A stretch of DNA of 64,000 nucleotides from Azolla caroliniana. Its lineage: Eukaryota > Plantae > Polypodiophyta. How positions within the stretch are numbered: position 1 is the stretch's first letter; every line of letters starts with the position of its first letter. The notes below the pieces were generated by a model. That model saw only the letters and a list, made by a program, of their open reading frames with translations, ran no database searches and was not told where the DNA came from. The position numbers and the translations under genes are program-made. The stretch lies in contig JBHGNT010000001.1 in the NCBI GenBank assembly GCA_043228905.1, positions 13,640,001 to 13,704,000 of the forward strand, in the 5' to 3' direction. Below, one piece after another: positions 12,685-25,282 of the stretch.

Positions 12685-15600
12685 GTATGAAGATTATAAC
12701 ATGGAACGTGCAAGGACTCAGAAGTAGACTAGACCAACAAAATAGATGGAAACTGAGAAGGGATCTGGAAGAACATTTACTAGGGAGTGGTGCTGACATC
12801 ATCATGTTGCAGGAACACCACCTCGATAGCACACAGGTAAAGGAAGTCGGAGACCTTCTACTAGGATCATGGCGAACGATTTGGGAGCCAGCAATTGGGG
12901 AGGATGGAAATCATGGTGGTATTTGCACTTTGATTCGGGAACATCTAGCCTAGGGATTAATACACCAAGAATCACTTATACCTGGTAGGGCACATTTTTG
13001 CACGCTGACCATCCAAGGGCAACGATGGAACTTCATGAATGTTTATGCTCCAAACAACAGAATAGAAAGAGCAACACTCTGGGACCGCATCCGCCTACAA
13101 GTAGTGGGTGTGGAAGAGTGGTGCATTGGAGGGGATTTTAATATGATCGAATCCATTCATGATAGTTCCAACAACAACCCCATAGTCCTACAAGGAAGGG
13201 AACGCAAACAATGGGAGAAGCTATGTGTCCACCTTAACCTGCGAGACATCTGGCATTCTGCCAACTTCCAACGAAAAAGGGACTCTCTCCTATTCTCCCG
13301 GTCAGACGGGCGGAATAGTGGACCCACCCTATCTCGCATTGACTGCATTTATGTGGGGGAGGCTTTAGAAGCGAAGGGAGGGTGGTGTCGCATAACTCCA
13401 GGCACGACTTTCTCTGACCATTACCTGGTAGCTGGTCATTTTCAATTGCACCGAAAATGGGGCCCATTCCAGACTCGCATCCCATACACTATTTACGCAC
13501 TTATAGACGTGAAGGACCAACTATCCAACCAATGGCTCATCAGCATCGGACAAACTTTTAGCTAAATTAACAAGAGCCTCTACTCTCCTACATGAGATTG
13601 TTAAGACCAGACGCAAGGATGCTCAGGAGAAGCGACAGAGGACAAAACAGGGACTAATAGCCTTACAACGCCTCCAACAGAGATACCCATCCTGTAGTTG
13701 GATCGCAGGACAAGTCGCCACGGCCAAACAGGAACTTAGCATGGCAGAAAAGGAAATATATGACATGGAGTTTCATGGCAGCATGGCGCGATGGATTCGA
13801 GTAGGGGACAAAACCACAAAGGAATTCTTCCGCTCCAAAGGCCCGAGGCACGCTAGAACTGTGATGCGTAGCCTCAACCGGGAGGATGGAACAACCACTG
13901 AGGATGGCGACGAAATGAGGAATATTGCCACAAGGTATTATAGCCCCCTACTTACTGAAGACATGATAGCTACAGAGGAAGACATAAGCGATGATATTAT
14001 CCTCCAAAGCATACCCGAGAAAGTCACACCGGAAATGAATACCTGGCTTGTGCATCCTCTATCAGTCATTGAGATATGGGAGGCCCTCACTGATTTAGAT
14101 GCTAAGAGTAGCCCCGGAATTGACGGTCTCACCCCGCATTTTTTCACATGCCTTTGGGGCACTATTAAAGAAGACCTCCTCCAGGCATATGAGGAGATCA
14201 TCACCTCTGGAAGCATGTGGGAGGAATTTGGACAGGGGATGATACATCTCATTCCTAAAAGTGGTGGGAATGCCAACGACATTCACAAATGGCGGCCCAT
14301 TACTCTTCTCAATACTGTCTATAAGTTGCTCGCAAAAATCGTGGCACGCCGTTTAACTCCACTTCTTCCTCAACTCATTCATCCGTCACAGAAAGGTTTC
14401 GTTAGAAATCGGAGCATCCTAGACAACCTCTTCTCATTTTGGGAAGCAGTAGCCCTTGCCAAGCAGACCAACAAGAAGGTAGCGGTGGTGCTACTAGATT
14501 TTGAGAAAGCCTATGATAGGGTATGCTGGAACTTTCTAGAAAGTGTGATGAGGAAACTCGGCTTTCAAGAGACATGGATCAAAGGCATTGCAGGATTTTA
14601 TAGGAATGGCAGTAGTTGTGTTTCGTTGGTAGGTGAAAGGGGCCCCTTTTTCCGAATATTCCGCTCTGTACGGCAGGGATGTCCACTAGCCCCATCCTTA
14701 TTTCTATTATACGCCGAAGCACTCTCTTGCTTTCTCAACTCGCGACATCTCAACCTACGTGGTCTTCCCATACCTCATTCTTACCAAAGCATCCTAGATA
14801 TAGAATTTGCAGATGACACAACAGTCTACCTGCAAGGGGACTTGGACAACCTCCAAAAGCTAGAAAGTGGGCTAGTTTTATTTTGCAAGCGATCCAACGC
14901 CATGATCAATTGGCACAAATCCTGTGCAATATGGCTTTCTCAGGAAACACATCCGGCGTGGCACCCTCACCCCGCTTTCAAGTGGATCAATCAAGGAGCG
15001 AGCACCGAATATTTGGGCTTCCAAATTGGCTTTAACATACCGCCGGAGACTATGATTGCACCCGTTATCCTCTCCATTCGACAAAAGTTGATACATTGGA
15101 GCTCTAAAAAATTGTCGCTAGCAGGTCGCATCATAGTGGCAAATCAGGTACTCCTCGCGACAGCATGATACAGTCTATCATGCTGGACAATCTCCAAGGA
15201 AAGTATACATCAAATTCAACGACTGGTCCGCAACTACATTTGGTCTGGTAAGGAAGACCATGTAGCTCGCGCCAAGGTGGCATGACCTATACTCACAACG
15301 CCTAAGTCGAGAGGGGGATTGGGTCTTATTGATCCCCTTTCACAATCGAAAGCCTTACTTGCGAAATTTGTGGTGCGAGGACTCCAACCAGGAAATGATT
15401 GTTGGAAAATGCTATTGAGGTTACGTTTCGCTTACTTTAAGCCACGAAAAGGGGTCAATTGGGCCCCCCAAACGGGATGGATTCTAAACATGGATCTCAA
15501 ACCTAGTTTCTCCCGCCATTTGGAGGACAAATTCAGTGCATCCGTGTGGAAGGCATGGTGTGACATTCGTCGGGGGCTCCAGTGTGATCAACCGAGATCC

Positions 15601-16962
15601 GAACCTGCCTGGCTCAGTCAACGTATCCTATGGAACCCATGTCTCAAGGATGAATCTAATCAACTACTGGGATCACGTAAGGGGTTGTCATGGGGATACA
15701 TTGCAGAAGGTCCAGGCAAAAGTATTGAATGTTGGTGACGGTTTATGTCAATGCCACTACAAGATCAAGCGAACATACTCCATGGAATCAGGGGCAGATG
15801 GACTATGAGATCGGAAATCATTAACGCGCTACTAATTAGGGACTCTGCTACTCAAAGGACGACAATGGAGAAATGGATAGGCCACGGGGAGGAGGGCTCT
15901 CTGATCCCGAAAGGTAGGGGATCACCAGACATGCTCGAAGGCCATGAAGTGAGAGACACTGAGACACCCACACAGAATAACGCCATTCGAGTACTCGCGT
16001 ACACTGGTCATAAATGGATTGTAGATCCTGATTCGATCAAAGTACAACCCGATTGGCATATATGTACTCATGAAAACACATGGCTGCGTAAGGTCAGTTG
16101 GGACCCTTTGCAATGGACATGGCGTGATCCCTACGCGGGGCAAGGAAGCAAACCCATCCCTTTCTTCCAATTCACAACTACATTGGGTCGCCACATTCTA
16201 GCTGCTCAAGCCGCCCGAGAACCGGCTGCTGCAAAGGTCTGGCGCACATTTCATGTTCCCTCCGCAATAATCACCAAGTTTTGGCAGAAGATCTAGAAGC
16301 AACAACACGCGAGGCAAATTACCACTTTCCAATGGCTGTTAATACATAAGTCCCTATCGGTGGGAGCATGGCAATGTGGGAACCTTAACTCTCCTAATTG
16401 TGTAGAGTGCCCACATTCAGTAGAATCCATACGACACGCTCTGTGGGAGTGCCCAACGTCCCATAGAACATGGCGGGGGGTTGGCCGCTTGTTTCAGTTA
16501 TGCCAGGTGCAAGGTTCAATCAAGTGGAGAAATATATGTTGGCTATCATGGCAGGCTGCAATTGGCCGATACGAGCATCAGGAGGAGGGGATGACTTTGG
16601 TGATAAAATCACAAGAGGTTCTTTTCTCCTCCAGCGACAATGTCCACTATTTTCCTCTTAATGACAAATCTCAAGAGGTGGTGGATTTGGTCAGCCCAAT
16701 AACCCTTTGGATTCTATGGAAACAACGATGTAGGCGAGTCTTCTCCAACCAAACCACCCATCCAACAAGGTTACTGCAAGAGATATGGAGTGAAGTTGTA
16801 GCCACTCTGAAGAGCCAATATGATGGCCTTAAAGGTGGCTCCGAGGGAGTTGAAAGACAACGCATAGCCTTCATCCAACAATGGTCGTCCTCTCCCTTTC
16901 TTGAGTCAGTGGGCTTCCACATTAGATGGAACTATCGCGTCCCTTTAGGGATTTGTACATAA
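12681..16962 (+). pseudogene. LINE ORF2: APE endonuclease, reverse transcriptase and C-terminal Cys/His domain
   Basis: KIITWNVQG, MLQE, NVYAP, GGDFN, SRID, FSDH; SPGIDG, WRPITLLN, LDFEKAYD, RQGCPLAP, EFADD; CVEC..ESIRHALWEC; stops at about 12951, 15166, 15283, 15736 and 16294, frameshift near 13560. Confidence 0.95.
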
Positions 16963-17309
16963 TCGCCTCATTTGTAAAATTTTATAACTAATGGAAGGAG
17001 TTTTTTTTTTTGGAAAAAAAAATAAAAAAAATAAAAAATACATATACGCATTTGTATATAATTGTGCACTGTGTATAATGATATATGTGTGTAATATGTA
17101 ATATATAAAATATGTTTGTAAGAATGTGTAGTATATATGTATGCATATATATATATATATATATATGGTTGATTATAAATACATACATATGTATGTACGC
17201 ATGTATAAATGGGTGTAATGTATGTATATACATATTTATTGTTGTTATGTTTGAATGTAGGTATACATGCATGCATGCATGTATATGTATGTATGTATGT
17301 ATGTATGTA

Positions 17310-17803
17310 TGAAAGAATGTATGTATATATGCGACTCCAAATTTGAGTATTGTTTGCATAATAATTCTTTACTATTTCATTAAAATATCTAATATTCCCA
17401 TGGGCTTATGTAATTTTTTTTCTAACATAATTGATAATACCCTTATGTAAATATATATTTCAAACATTTATTAATACCCTTATATATATACATTCTGTAC
17501 CTCAATGGCTAATTAAAACCCCTTTTGATGAACTCACGTGCTATCATACAAGTTTTGACAGTGAAGCCCCCAAGGTTCTAGCTACCCTCATTTCATCATT
17601 TCTTCTTGTAGCGAGTGTGCCAGCACCAGGTACGACTCGACGCCACGACGATGGTATGGGACGCCGATCGAGGCTCGAGTCCATCTCAATCCCTTTGCTC
17701 AGGTATGGTCGGGTGGATTGACACCCTTCTTTCTCTTTCTCCTTTCTATCTATCTATTTTTTATATCCTTATCTCATGCTTACTTTAGATCTAAGCTCTT
17801 ACA
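17310..17803 (+). mobile_element. Solo-type LTR related to the chromovirus LTR at 37870/44428
   Basis: TGAAAGA...TCTTACA termini; shares tagctaccctcat and ggtcgggtgga motifs with the reverse complement of 37870-38343. Confidence 0.6.
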
Positions 17804-19232
17804 AAAAGGGTGATAATTTAAGTCCAACCTATCCTCTTTGATTGAAGTGCCCAATGGTCCAACTCAGAGATGCATGCACATATTTTCATGACAATCTAAA
17901 TGACACATTTAACGACACCGTAGAACTTTGGGAACGCAATATAGGATTGCCTTTTCTTTATTATTTTATATGAGTTAATTGATTCTCATTGTTATGAAAA
18001 GCTCATACATGGAATCTACTCTTACCTAAAAAACAAAACATACCATTACCCATATTGAATCATCCATGCTAGGGATCATACCATTACTCATATTGGATCT
18101 ATTATTACTCGCATTGGCTCATAGTCGTCAATGTACCTTTGAGCTACTTCAAAAAGTCCAAATAGTGGATATAATCATATTTGTTTTGTTCGCCTACCTT
18201 ATTGAAGTAATGATAGATTCAATTTCCTTTTTGAATTAGTAGACTTATTTTTGTTGTGTATAATATACAAATGTATAAATTTATGTGCATAAATGTGTGT
18301 GTATGTGTAGCCTCGTTGATGCATGAATTTGTGTATCTGTACGCTTGTTGATATATGTGTGCATATGTATTTTTATGTATAAATTAGTATATGTGTATGG
18401 TTGTTTTTGTGTATGTGTATGTTCATATTTGTGTATGTGTATATTTTGTACTTGTATATGCTAGTTTCTTTCTAGATGTATCATGTATGTGTTATGTATA
18501 AATTTGTGTGCATCAATGTGTATATATGTATGTGTATTCTTGTCGATATATGTCTGTATATCATTGCTAATTATGAAAGAAATCTATAGACTGTCCAATT
18601 CATTTCAATAAATTAAATGCTTGAAATGAGGTTGAAAATTATTCGAAACATTAAGGCATGTGAAATAATCAACATTCAATGATGCACCAACGTTATAATA
18701 TCCATGGTAATTCTTATTCATAATCTTTTGATGAAAACTTGTGTCGAGCATCATTTTCAAGCAATTTAACCTAACCATATTATAGACCGTGAATTCGCCA
18801 TTTTCAAGAGAAATTGGACATGGAGCTATTAAAATGTAAATCTCATGTCTTCTTATATGCATTTTTCTAATATTAAAGTTTTCAATCATTGAAATATGAA
18901 CAAAAGGATATTACGTAATCAAGTACCTTAAAACTTTCCTTTTATTTCAAATTCTATACTCCAATACCTCTTAAAAATCAACTCAATGACTTAAATGCTT
19001 GCAAAAGAAGAGCTTGAAAATGTGAGAAAATGTGCGGGAAGCCATCAAAATAAACTGAATGACTTAAATGTTTGCTAAGGAACATCTAGAAAATGCTAGA
19101 AAACGTGAGGGAAGCCAAAACAATTATTGTTTATTTTCAATCTAAGGTACCAATTTCATAGATGTTGTTATCACACTAATTGTTTATGAAATCTTTCATT
19201 GATATTGATGATGCATTGAGGTGTCGAGCTGC

Positions 19233-19238
19233 TATAAA
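19233..19238 (+). promoter_or_regulatory. Putative TATA box of the secreted peptide gene
   Basis: ctataaag about 110 nt upstream of ATG 19346; conserved at 59975. Confidence 0.5.
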
Positions 19239-19345
19239 GATGCATAGGAAAAAGCTGTAGTAGCAACAATTAGCGAATCTACTTACATACTCCAACCACT
19301 TTAAGTGCTATCGAATATATAACTTTTTATAATATCGTGGGGAAG

Positions 19346-19579
19346 ATGGAGTTGCAGCGATTCCGACTTTTTTGTATTTTTCTTTTTGTGACAATATTAG
19401 TCGTTCATGGGCCATCAACAAGTTATGCTGATGAGCTTGAGCCTTCTCCATATGTAATTCCAAGGCCGATCCTTAGTCCAATTCCTACCCCATCTCTTGC
19501 CCCAACTCCTATTGCTCCTCCCACTCCTCCCTCAACATCAATTCCTCCTGCTCCAACTCCATCAGAAGTTGATGATTAA
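19346..19579 (+). CDS. Small secreted Pro/Thr/Ser-rich protein (arabinogalactan/HRGP-like peptide), 77 aa
   Basis: MELQRFRLFCIFLFVTILVVHGPSTSYA signal-peptide-like leader, then SPIPTPSLAPTPIAPPTPPSTSIPPAPTPS with clustered AP/TP/SP dipeptides; intronless, TATA upstream, AT-rich 3' flank. Confidence 0.75.
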   Translation: MELQRFRLFCIFLFVTILVVHGPSTSYADELEPSPYVIPRPILSPIPTPSLAPTPIAPPTPPSTSIPPAPTPSEVDD

Positions 19580-20159
19580 ATTCAACCACTTTTCCAAATC
19601 CATTGTTAATTATGTTCCATAAAGGAACGTGTGATTTATAATGTAACAATCACATATACAAATAATGTTGTGTTTATTCGTGAATAAAGGTATGATTTCA
19701 TATGTAATAACAATGCCTTTTAATTTCTCCTATGAAGCACCAAATTATGGTCTATGTTACATAATATGTTTGAAGTGTTTCTTGCACATTAATGAAGTGA
19801 TCATGTTCATTAGTTGTGATGTCAAGTTTTCAAATAACATGTGTTTCTTCTATACTCAAATCTTGGTGAATGTTGATACTTATATTACTATTTTGAGGAT
19901 TGTATTGGTAGACCAATGAATTGCGCACAAAAACTTTTGACATATAAGATGTTTTCTAAATCTTTGAAGGATATGATTTAATGGCTCATGTTGAATGTGT
20001 GGTGGCTAAAGTATAATTTTATATAGGAGGTATTCATTTCTAATATTTGGACTCTAATCAACATCGACAATTGTATTATTGTTGGGCTAAAAGTCCCAAT
20101 CTGGCCATATTGTATCCTTAGTGTGAATACACAGTTAACCTAACTACTTAAGTAGCTAA

Positions 20160-20400
20160 TTGATCTTGTAAAGACAATTTTGGTGGTAATAGAAACATTG
20201 AGTCTCTTTGAGCAAATCAGTCTCACTCTCTCTATGTCACAGTTTTTGTATTCATCTTGTTCATCTTTTTCTAAACTTGAGTAGTGCACGGATCCTCTCT
20301 TGTTGCTTCCTATTGTTTGATTCACTCCACACAAGATCGTATTTGCTTCCTTGCCACAAGTTGACTCAGACAACCTTATTGTCTTCAACTGGTATCAGCG
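20160..20400 (+). mobile_element. LTR 3' part followed by a tRNA-iMet PBS remnant
   Basis: ...tcttcaa c TGGTATCAG at about 20390. Confidence 0.55.
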
Positions 20401-20439
20401 GGTGAAAGGTTCGACAACAACAACAATATAAGGAGAAGA

Positions 20440-20845
20440 GAAGAATCATCTGAAGGAATGGACCATATGATACAGAACAATGCCAAACCAACCTTGATGA
20501 CAACAGAGTAATGGCGCTCCCTGGACAAGATGTAATGCCGTAATGCCGATCGAATTTCAAGTTCCGAGCTTACGAGTGTAGATTTCGGAAAGACTTCCCG
20601 AGACCGAGTCCGAACAGAAACGACTCGAACAACTATTTGAACTTGGGGAAGTTCGGCTCGCTAGTCTGAGCCATCTAGAGTAAGGTCAGCGCTGGCGAAA
20701 ATTGTTTGTCAACCAAAACCGAAAAGGCAATGATCAATTATTCGAAATCGGCAAAGCCATCTTTGTCTTTCACACTAGGCTTGGTTTGATGCCGGGAAGG
20801 CTTCGGTTTCGCTGGACCGATCACTTCTAGATCATCGATGAGTTC
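20440..20845 (+). pseudogene. Gypsy integrase C-terminal fragment related to 30130-30520
   Basis: VMPIEFQVPSLR..FEIGKAIFVFHTRLGLMPGRLRFRWT. Confidence 0.8.
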
Positions 20846-21850
20846 CCGACGCGTGCACATGCATGTAGAAGAAAAAGGTATTTAAAGCACATGCACATAG
20901 AGCGAGAAAAGCAAGTACAAAACGTTCCCGACGCGTGGCATTAAAATCTACTAATGGCAGGCATTTTGCCGATTTTGGAGGAAGAATAATGTATACTAGA
21001 GCTTTTCTGTAACGGAATGGGAGGCAAGAGTGATTGCAATGCAACAGAAGATGATTGAGAGAGAGAGAGAGAGAGAGAGAGAGTGTGTGTGTGTGCGTGT
21101 GAGGCAACAGAGGGAGAGAGAGAGAGAGCTCTTAAGGCAGAGATAGAAAAACTGTATATTAACCAAAAATACATCAAACATAAAACATCCAACAGTAACT
21201 AAGTTACAATGTGTTTGTTATATACCAACTAAGCTAGGGCAAGTGCCCTTTCTACTATTTATAAAACTAGCCCAACATGTCCATGAGGTAGTGTGAAACC
21301 TATCTATGGGAAGTTGAGTTCGACTCTCAACAGGCCCCTTCGAACACAACTTCTATCTGTTGAGAAGGTTGTTCGGTTCATACTTTGACTTGTCTAGTCG
21401 ATTGTGTTGCGTACTCGCGTACTCTATCAATTGCGTATGTGTTGTGTATCGTTGCGTATTGCTTCCATGTCGCTTGTACCTATACTCCCCCTCAAGTTCG
21501 GCAATGTAGATGTCGTGAGACCAAGGTCCGATGCAAATTGCCCGAGCTTGTCGACTCCTAAGGCCTTCGTAAATATATCAGCAACTTGGAGGTGCGTATT
21601 GGTATGTTGTAGATCGATCTCGCCGGCCTGTACGCGCTCGCGGATGAAGTGGTAATGCACTTCGATATGTTTAGTCCGCGCGTGGAATACGGGGTTCCGC
21701 GCTAGGTAGATACTGCTCATGTTGTCACAGTAGAGACGAATTGGATCCTTGATGGGAACGCCCAGATCCTTTAGTATGCGTTTAAGCCATCCGGCTTCGC
21801 ATGTGGCGACTGTTGCGCCCCTATATTCGGCGTCCGTGCTCGATAGTAAG
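20846..21850 (-). mobile_element. Ty1/copia RNase H, 3' UTR and 3' LTR (LTR starts TGTTGAGAG at 21332)
   Basis: SSTDAEYRG..LYCDNMSSIYLARNPVFHARTKHIEVHYHFIRE..QVADIFTKAL..LRGS. Confidence 0.9.
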
Positions 21851-23102
21851 AAACGATTAGAAACGGACAAAGAGGACCCAGTAAGGTGGACCCGGTAAGA
21901 ACCGGATAAAGAAGACCCAGTGAGAACTGGATGAAGCAGACCCGACAAGAGCCGGATGAAGAAGGCCGATGAGAGTCTCATCGGATGAAGAGACATATTT
22001 GTAAATAGAAGAAAGTATAAAAAATATATATTACATGCATAAGGCAAGATTCGAACCTTGCACATCCATGTTTACAATGTAAAGCCTTACCACTACACTA
22101 ACATATCATTACTGATAAAAAAGTAAACTTCCCACATAGAAAGGTAAGTGCACGCTAGGATAAACTTTAGTTAGAAGAAAATGCATGATAAAAGAAAAAG
22201 CTACGCATGCACACGTAGCGTGCATGAACAACACAATCGATAAAAATGCATCAAGTTAGAAAAAGTAGGATCACTTTAGAAAAAGCATACAGTCTATTGT
22301 TAGAGAAAAACATGGATTATTAAGACTCTCTCATCACTATATAAGGATGGGGAGCACAATGTAATAGGGTGTGAAATACTTGGAAATTGGATATATTTCC
22401 CAAAACACCAATTAATATTCTTTTAAGAGGTGAAATCAGCTGGTTCATGTGATAAGTTGATTTATAATATTCTTATCAAGGAGCTCTATCAACTTGGCAA
22501 ATTGGATCTCTGGTTAAAATATAAGAAAGAGTATAGAAAAACATTTTGGGGAGAAGAATATGAAGGTTTCAATTACCATGAAAACAATTCCTCCCTTGAT
22601 AATATGTCAAAATCACAAGATAGCTTATCAACAAATTTGTTTGTTTCTAGATAGCATCTCATCAAGTCCTTGTGTATGTACATGGGATATAAGTTGTATA
22701 TGGTTAATATCCCCTACTTTGCAGGTATGCACCCAGATTTGTCCAACAATATTATCAGCCTTTTCTGTACTTTTATGAAGTGATATTCTTACACCAATTT
22801 ATAACTACTACACTCTTCGCAGAGGTTGGTACCCTCGTTTTCTAAATCTTAACGACTGTCACATTTGATTCTTTAATGGTGTGCTTCTGTTTATTGTATG
22901 TAACTGCTATAGTTCTTACACAATTTCACATCATGGATACAATGATGTCTTCTTTTACATACCATTTCGACCATATATTACAGATATCAATAGCTCTTTC
23001 ATTTGGTTGAGTTGTAGTTTTGTATTGCATGATTACTTTTATGTAATGTATTTTTTATACCAACATAGTTTCCACCTATGAACTATTGCTAACTGTTGGG
23101 TT

Positions 23103-23341
23103 CATAGTATGAACCATACATACCATACGTGCATTCGCATTTGCGAATGTTTCAATTATAAATACCATACTTTTGGATTAACTATTTATTATGAGGTAAA
23201 TAAGCCTAAAAAATGGAAAAAAAAATATTAAAAAATGGGGGAGAAAAGAAAACACAAGAATGTTTGAATAACATTCGCATTCGTTTTCCTATGTTGGAAA
23301 ACGAATGTTATGCTAAACGAACACGAATTTTACGTACTATG
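23103..23341 (+). mobile_element. hAT-like MITE
   Basis: TIR catagta(t/c)g at both ends; 8-bp TSD gttgggtt/gttgggat; repeated cattcgcatt subterminal motifs. Confidence 0.8.
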
Positions 23342-23634
23342 GTTGGGATCATGTCTATTGGAAAAGATATATGCAAATCTAAGGTGTGGTGAGAAAGTGG
23401 TAGGAAGAAAATCCAATGTGGTTTGGTTGAAAAGCTTTAATATTGGTCACAAATTTAATATTGGAAATATTTGGGTCTAGCCTATATCCTTGCGTTCATT
23501 ATGAACCTAGCATACTATAAGAATTTAGTTGTGCAGAGTTGATTTTTAGAATGATTAAATGTCATGAAAAGTGTGCAATGCTCTATATGCAATGTGATTT
23601 GAAAATATATTTGAATTTGGGGTGTGTGCACCAT

Positions 23635-24777
23635 TGTCTTGGAAATATGGTTAAGTGAGTTTGTGTGTCTAAAATATGTGCATTTAGGTTGCTAGATTTG
23701 TGTGAGTGAATGTGGACGAGCTTGTGTTTGTGGATTATGTATGTTCATTTTGCTCAAATCTAGTGATATTTTGGGAATGTAAGGTTGCTTTGTAAAGTGT
23801 TGGGTATGAAAGGGGGCATCGGGGTAAATGGGAAGAAAAAAGAGAGTTTGTTTTATATGTGAACACTATGTCTTTTGAAGGTGTCGGTGTAGAGATGTTT
23901 GACAAAGGATCAACAAGTAAGATGTCCTCCAGAAAGAATTTCATTTGTGTGCAAGAGCTATGCACAATAGAACTCAAGGAATTCTATAAAGTGGCTTCCC
24001 ATGAAGGAATGCCTTTGGTGGACCACCTCGACATTCCCACATGATGGTTTATATTGGCCCCACAATTGTTAGGCACATCTCTCTTGCAATAGAAATATAT
24101 TTATAGACAAAATGAAGAAATACACCAGTTTGGATTACCAAATAAGTTTAGCCGCATACAAGAGTTGAGATATTAGGGTGTGACGGTCTCGGTTGCCATA
24201 GTGTTAGTGGGGGTATGGGGGTTGCGGTGTCGGATATGTCTTGGGATTATCCGCATGAGTCACTATCAAGGAGTTGAAAGTTGCGGTCTTCAATTAACTC
24301 CATATTTGTTTGCAAGTTCTTCAATTCTTTGTCATGCAACTCTTGCATACGTGCCATTTACTTTTGCACACGGACTTGTACTTCCTTCGCCAATTGCCGT
24401 TTGCCACCAATTGCTCCTCGTACCATGCCTTTTGCTTTTTTTTAAGACTCCTGTTGTTCGGGAATCGTTCGTGGGATTTCTCGGTAGGCGAGAACCCCAC
24501 TTTCTTGTACCGGGAAACCTTGGCCCTGTTGTAGCTTCCCGGTGAGTGTCGTCACAGCTTCCGCGTTGGCTAGATGACATCCATCCCTTGCTGCTCTCTT
24601 TGTCTTCACAGATTGACCAGGCGTCCGAAAAGTGTTACCGGCTCAAGGTAACACGGTGCCAAAAGTGTTACCTGATCTAAAAAGGAGTCTGCTCTCCATC
24701 GACATGTTAGCCAAAGACGGGTACAAAACGACTCTAAGTGAGTCGGTATGGATGACCAACCAAGGAAACCTGAAGAT
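23635..24777 (+). repeat. 1.14-kb duplication, copy 1 (copy 2 is 36614-37756)
   Basis: Offset 12979; only about 4 differences seen. Confidence 0.97.
24179..24556. mobile_element. Possible solo LTR
   Basis: TGTGACG...CGTCACA terminal inverted repeat, 378 bp; no TSD found. Confidence 0.35.
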
Positions 24778-24812
24778 AGGAGGCGGGCACAAGTACAATA
24801 ACTTGTACCCAT
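24678..24812 (+). pseudogene. Copia pol fragment (left part), interrupted by the gypsy insertion and resuming at 34313
   Basis: LKRSLLSIDMLAKDGY..KYNNLYPL; paralog of 815-943. Confidence 0.85.
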
Positions 24813-25231
24813 TGTTACCGGCCGGCAAGGAGTCCAAAATACGGAGTGAAGGAATTAATTAGATATGGTTGTAAATGAGCATAGTGTGGACGGACGGACT
24901 GGAAACGGTATGCCGTTCCAGATCCGGACGGATCCCGAATAGGTGCGAGAGGCACCGTTTTGTACTACGGGCCGGAAACCTATTTAAAGGGCCGGACCCC
25001 ATTGTAATCGCAGCGGATAATTAATAGAGCTTATGTTGTTTATACTTCTGTCTTGATTTCCGTTCTGTAATCACTGTTATATCTTACGCGTGTAATTAAC
25101 CGAAGCATTCTAATCGTGTAACCTATGTAAGTCGGTGTAATCGTTGAATCTTAATCCTATGCCGTAATCACCCTTTGGTGAAGTGTCTCCGTGACACCTT
25201 GTGTTAGGCCTTGTCCGGCTAGAGAATAACA
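24813..25231 (+). mobile_element. LTR A (419 bp)
   Basis: TGTTACC...ATAACA; TATA-like tatttaaa at 24981; followed by a spacer and TGGCGACCACGAT. Confidence 0.9.
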
Positions 25232-25282
25232 CAGTTTTGGCGACCACGATTCTTGCTTTCTCGCAGCGAACGACGGTAATGG

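Larger units (their letters stand above)
10456..17037 (+). mobile_element. Full-length L1-clade LINE, inactivated
   Basis: 17-bp TSD atacatata(t/c)gcatttg at 10439-10455 and 17038-17054; GC-rich 5' UTR, ORF1, ORF2, A-rich tail at about 17014-17037. Confidence 0.92.
17310..23258 (+). repeat. Segmental duplication, copy 1 (copy 2 is 58290 to the window end)
   Basis: Near-identical sequence; offset 40980 before and 40742 after indels near 18660-18930; duplicated ORF set in the ORF track. Confidence 0.97.
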
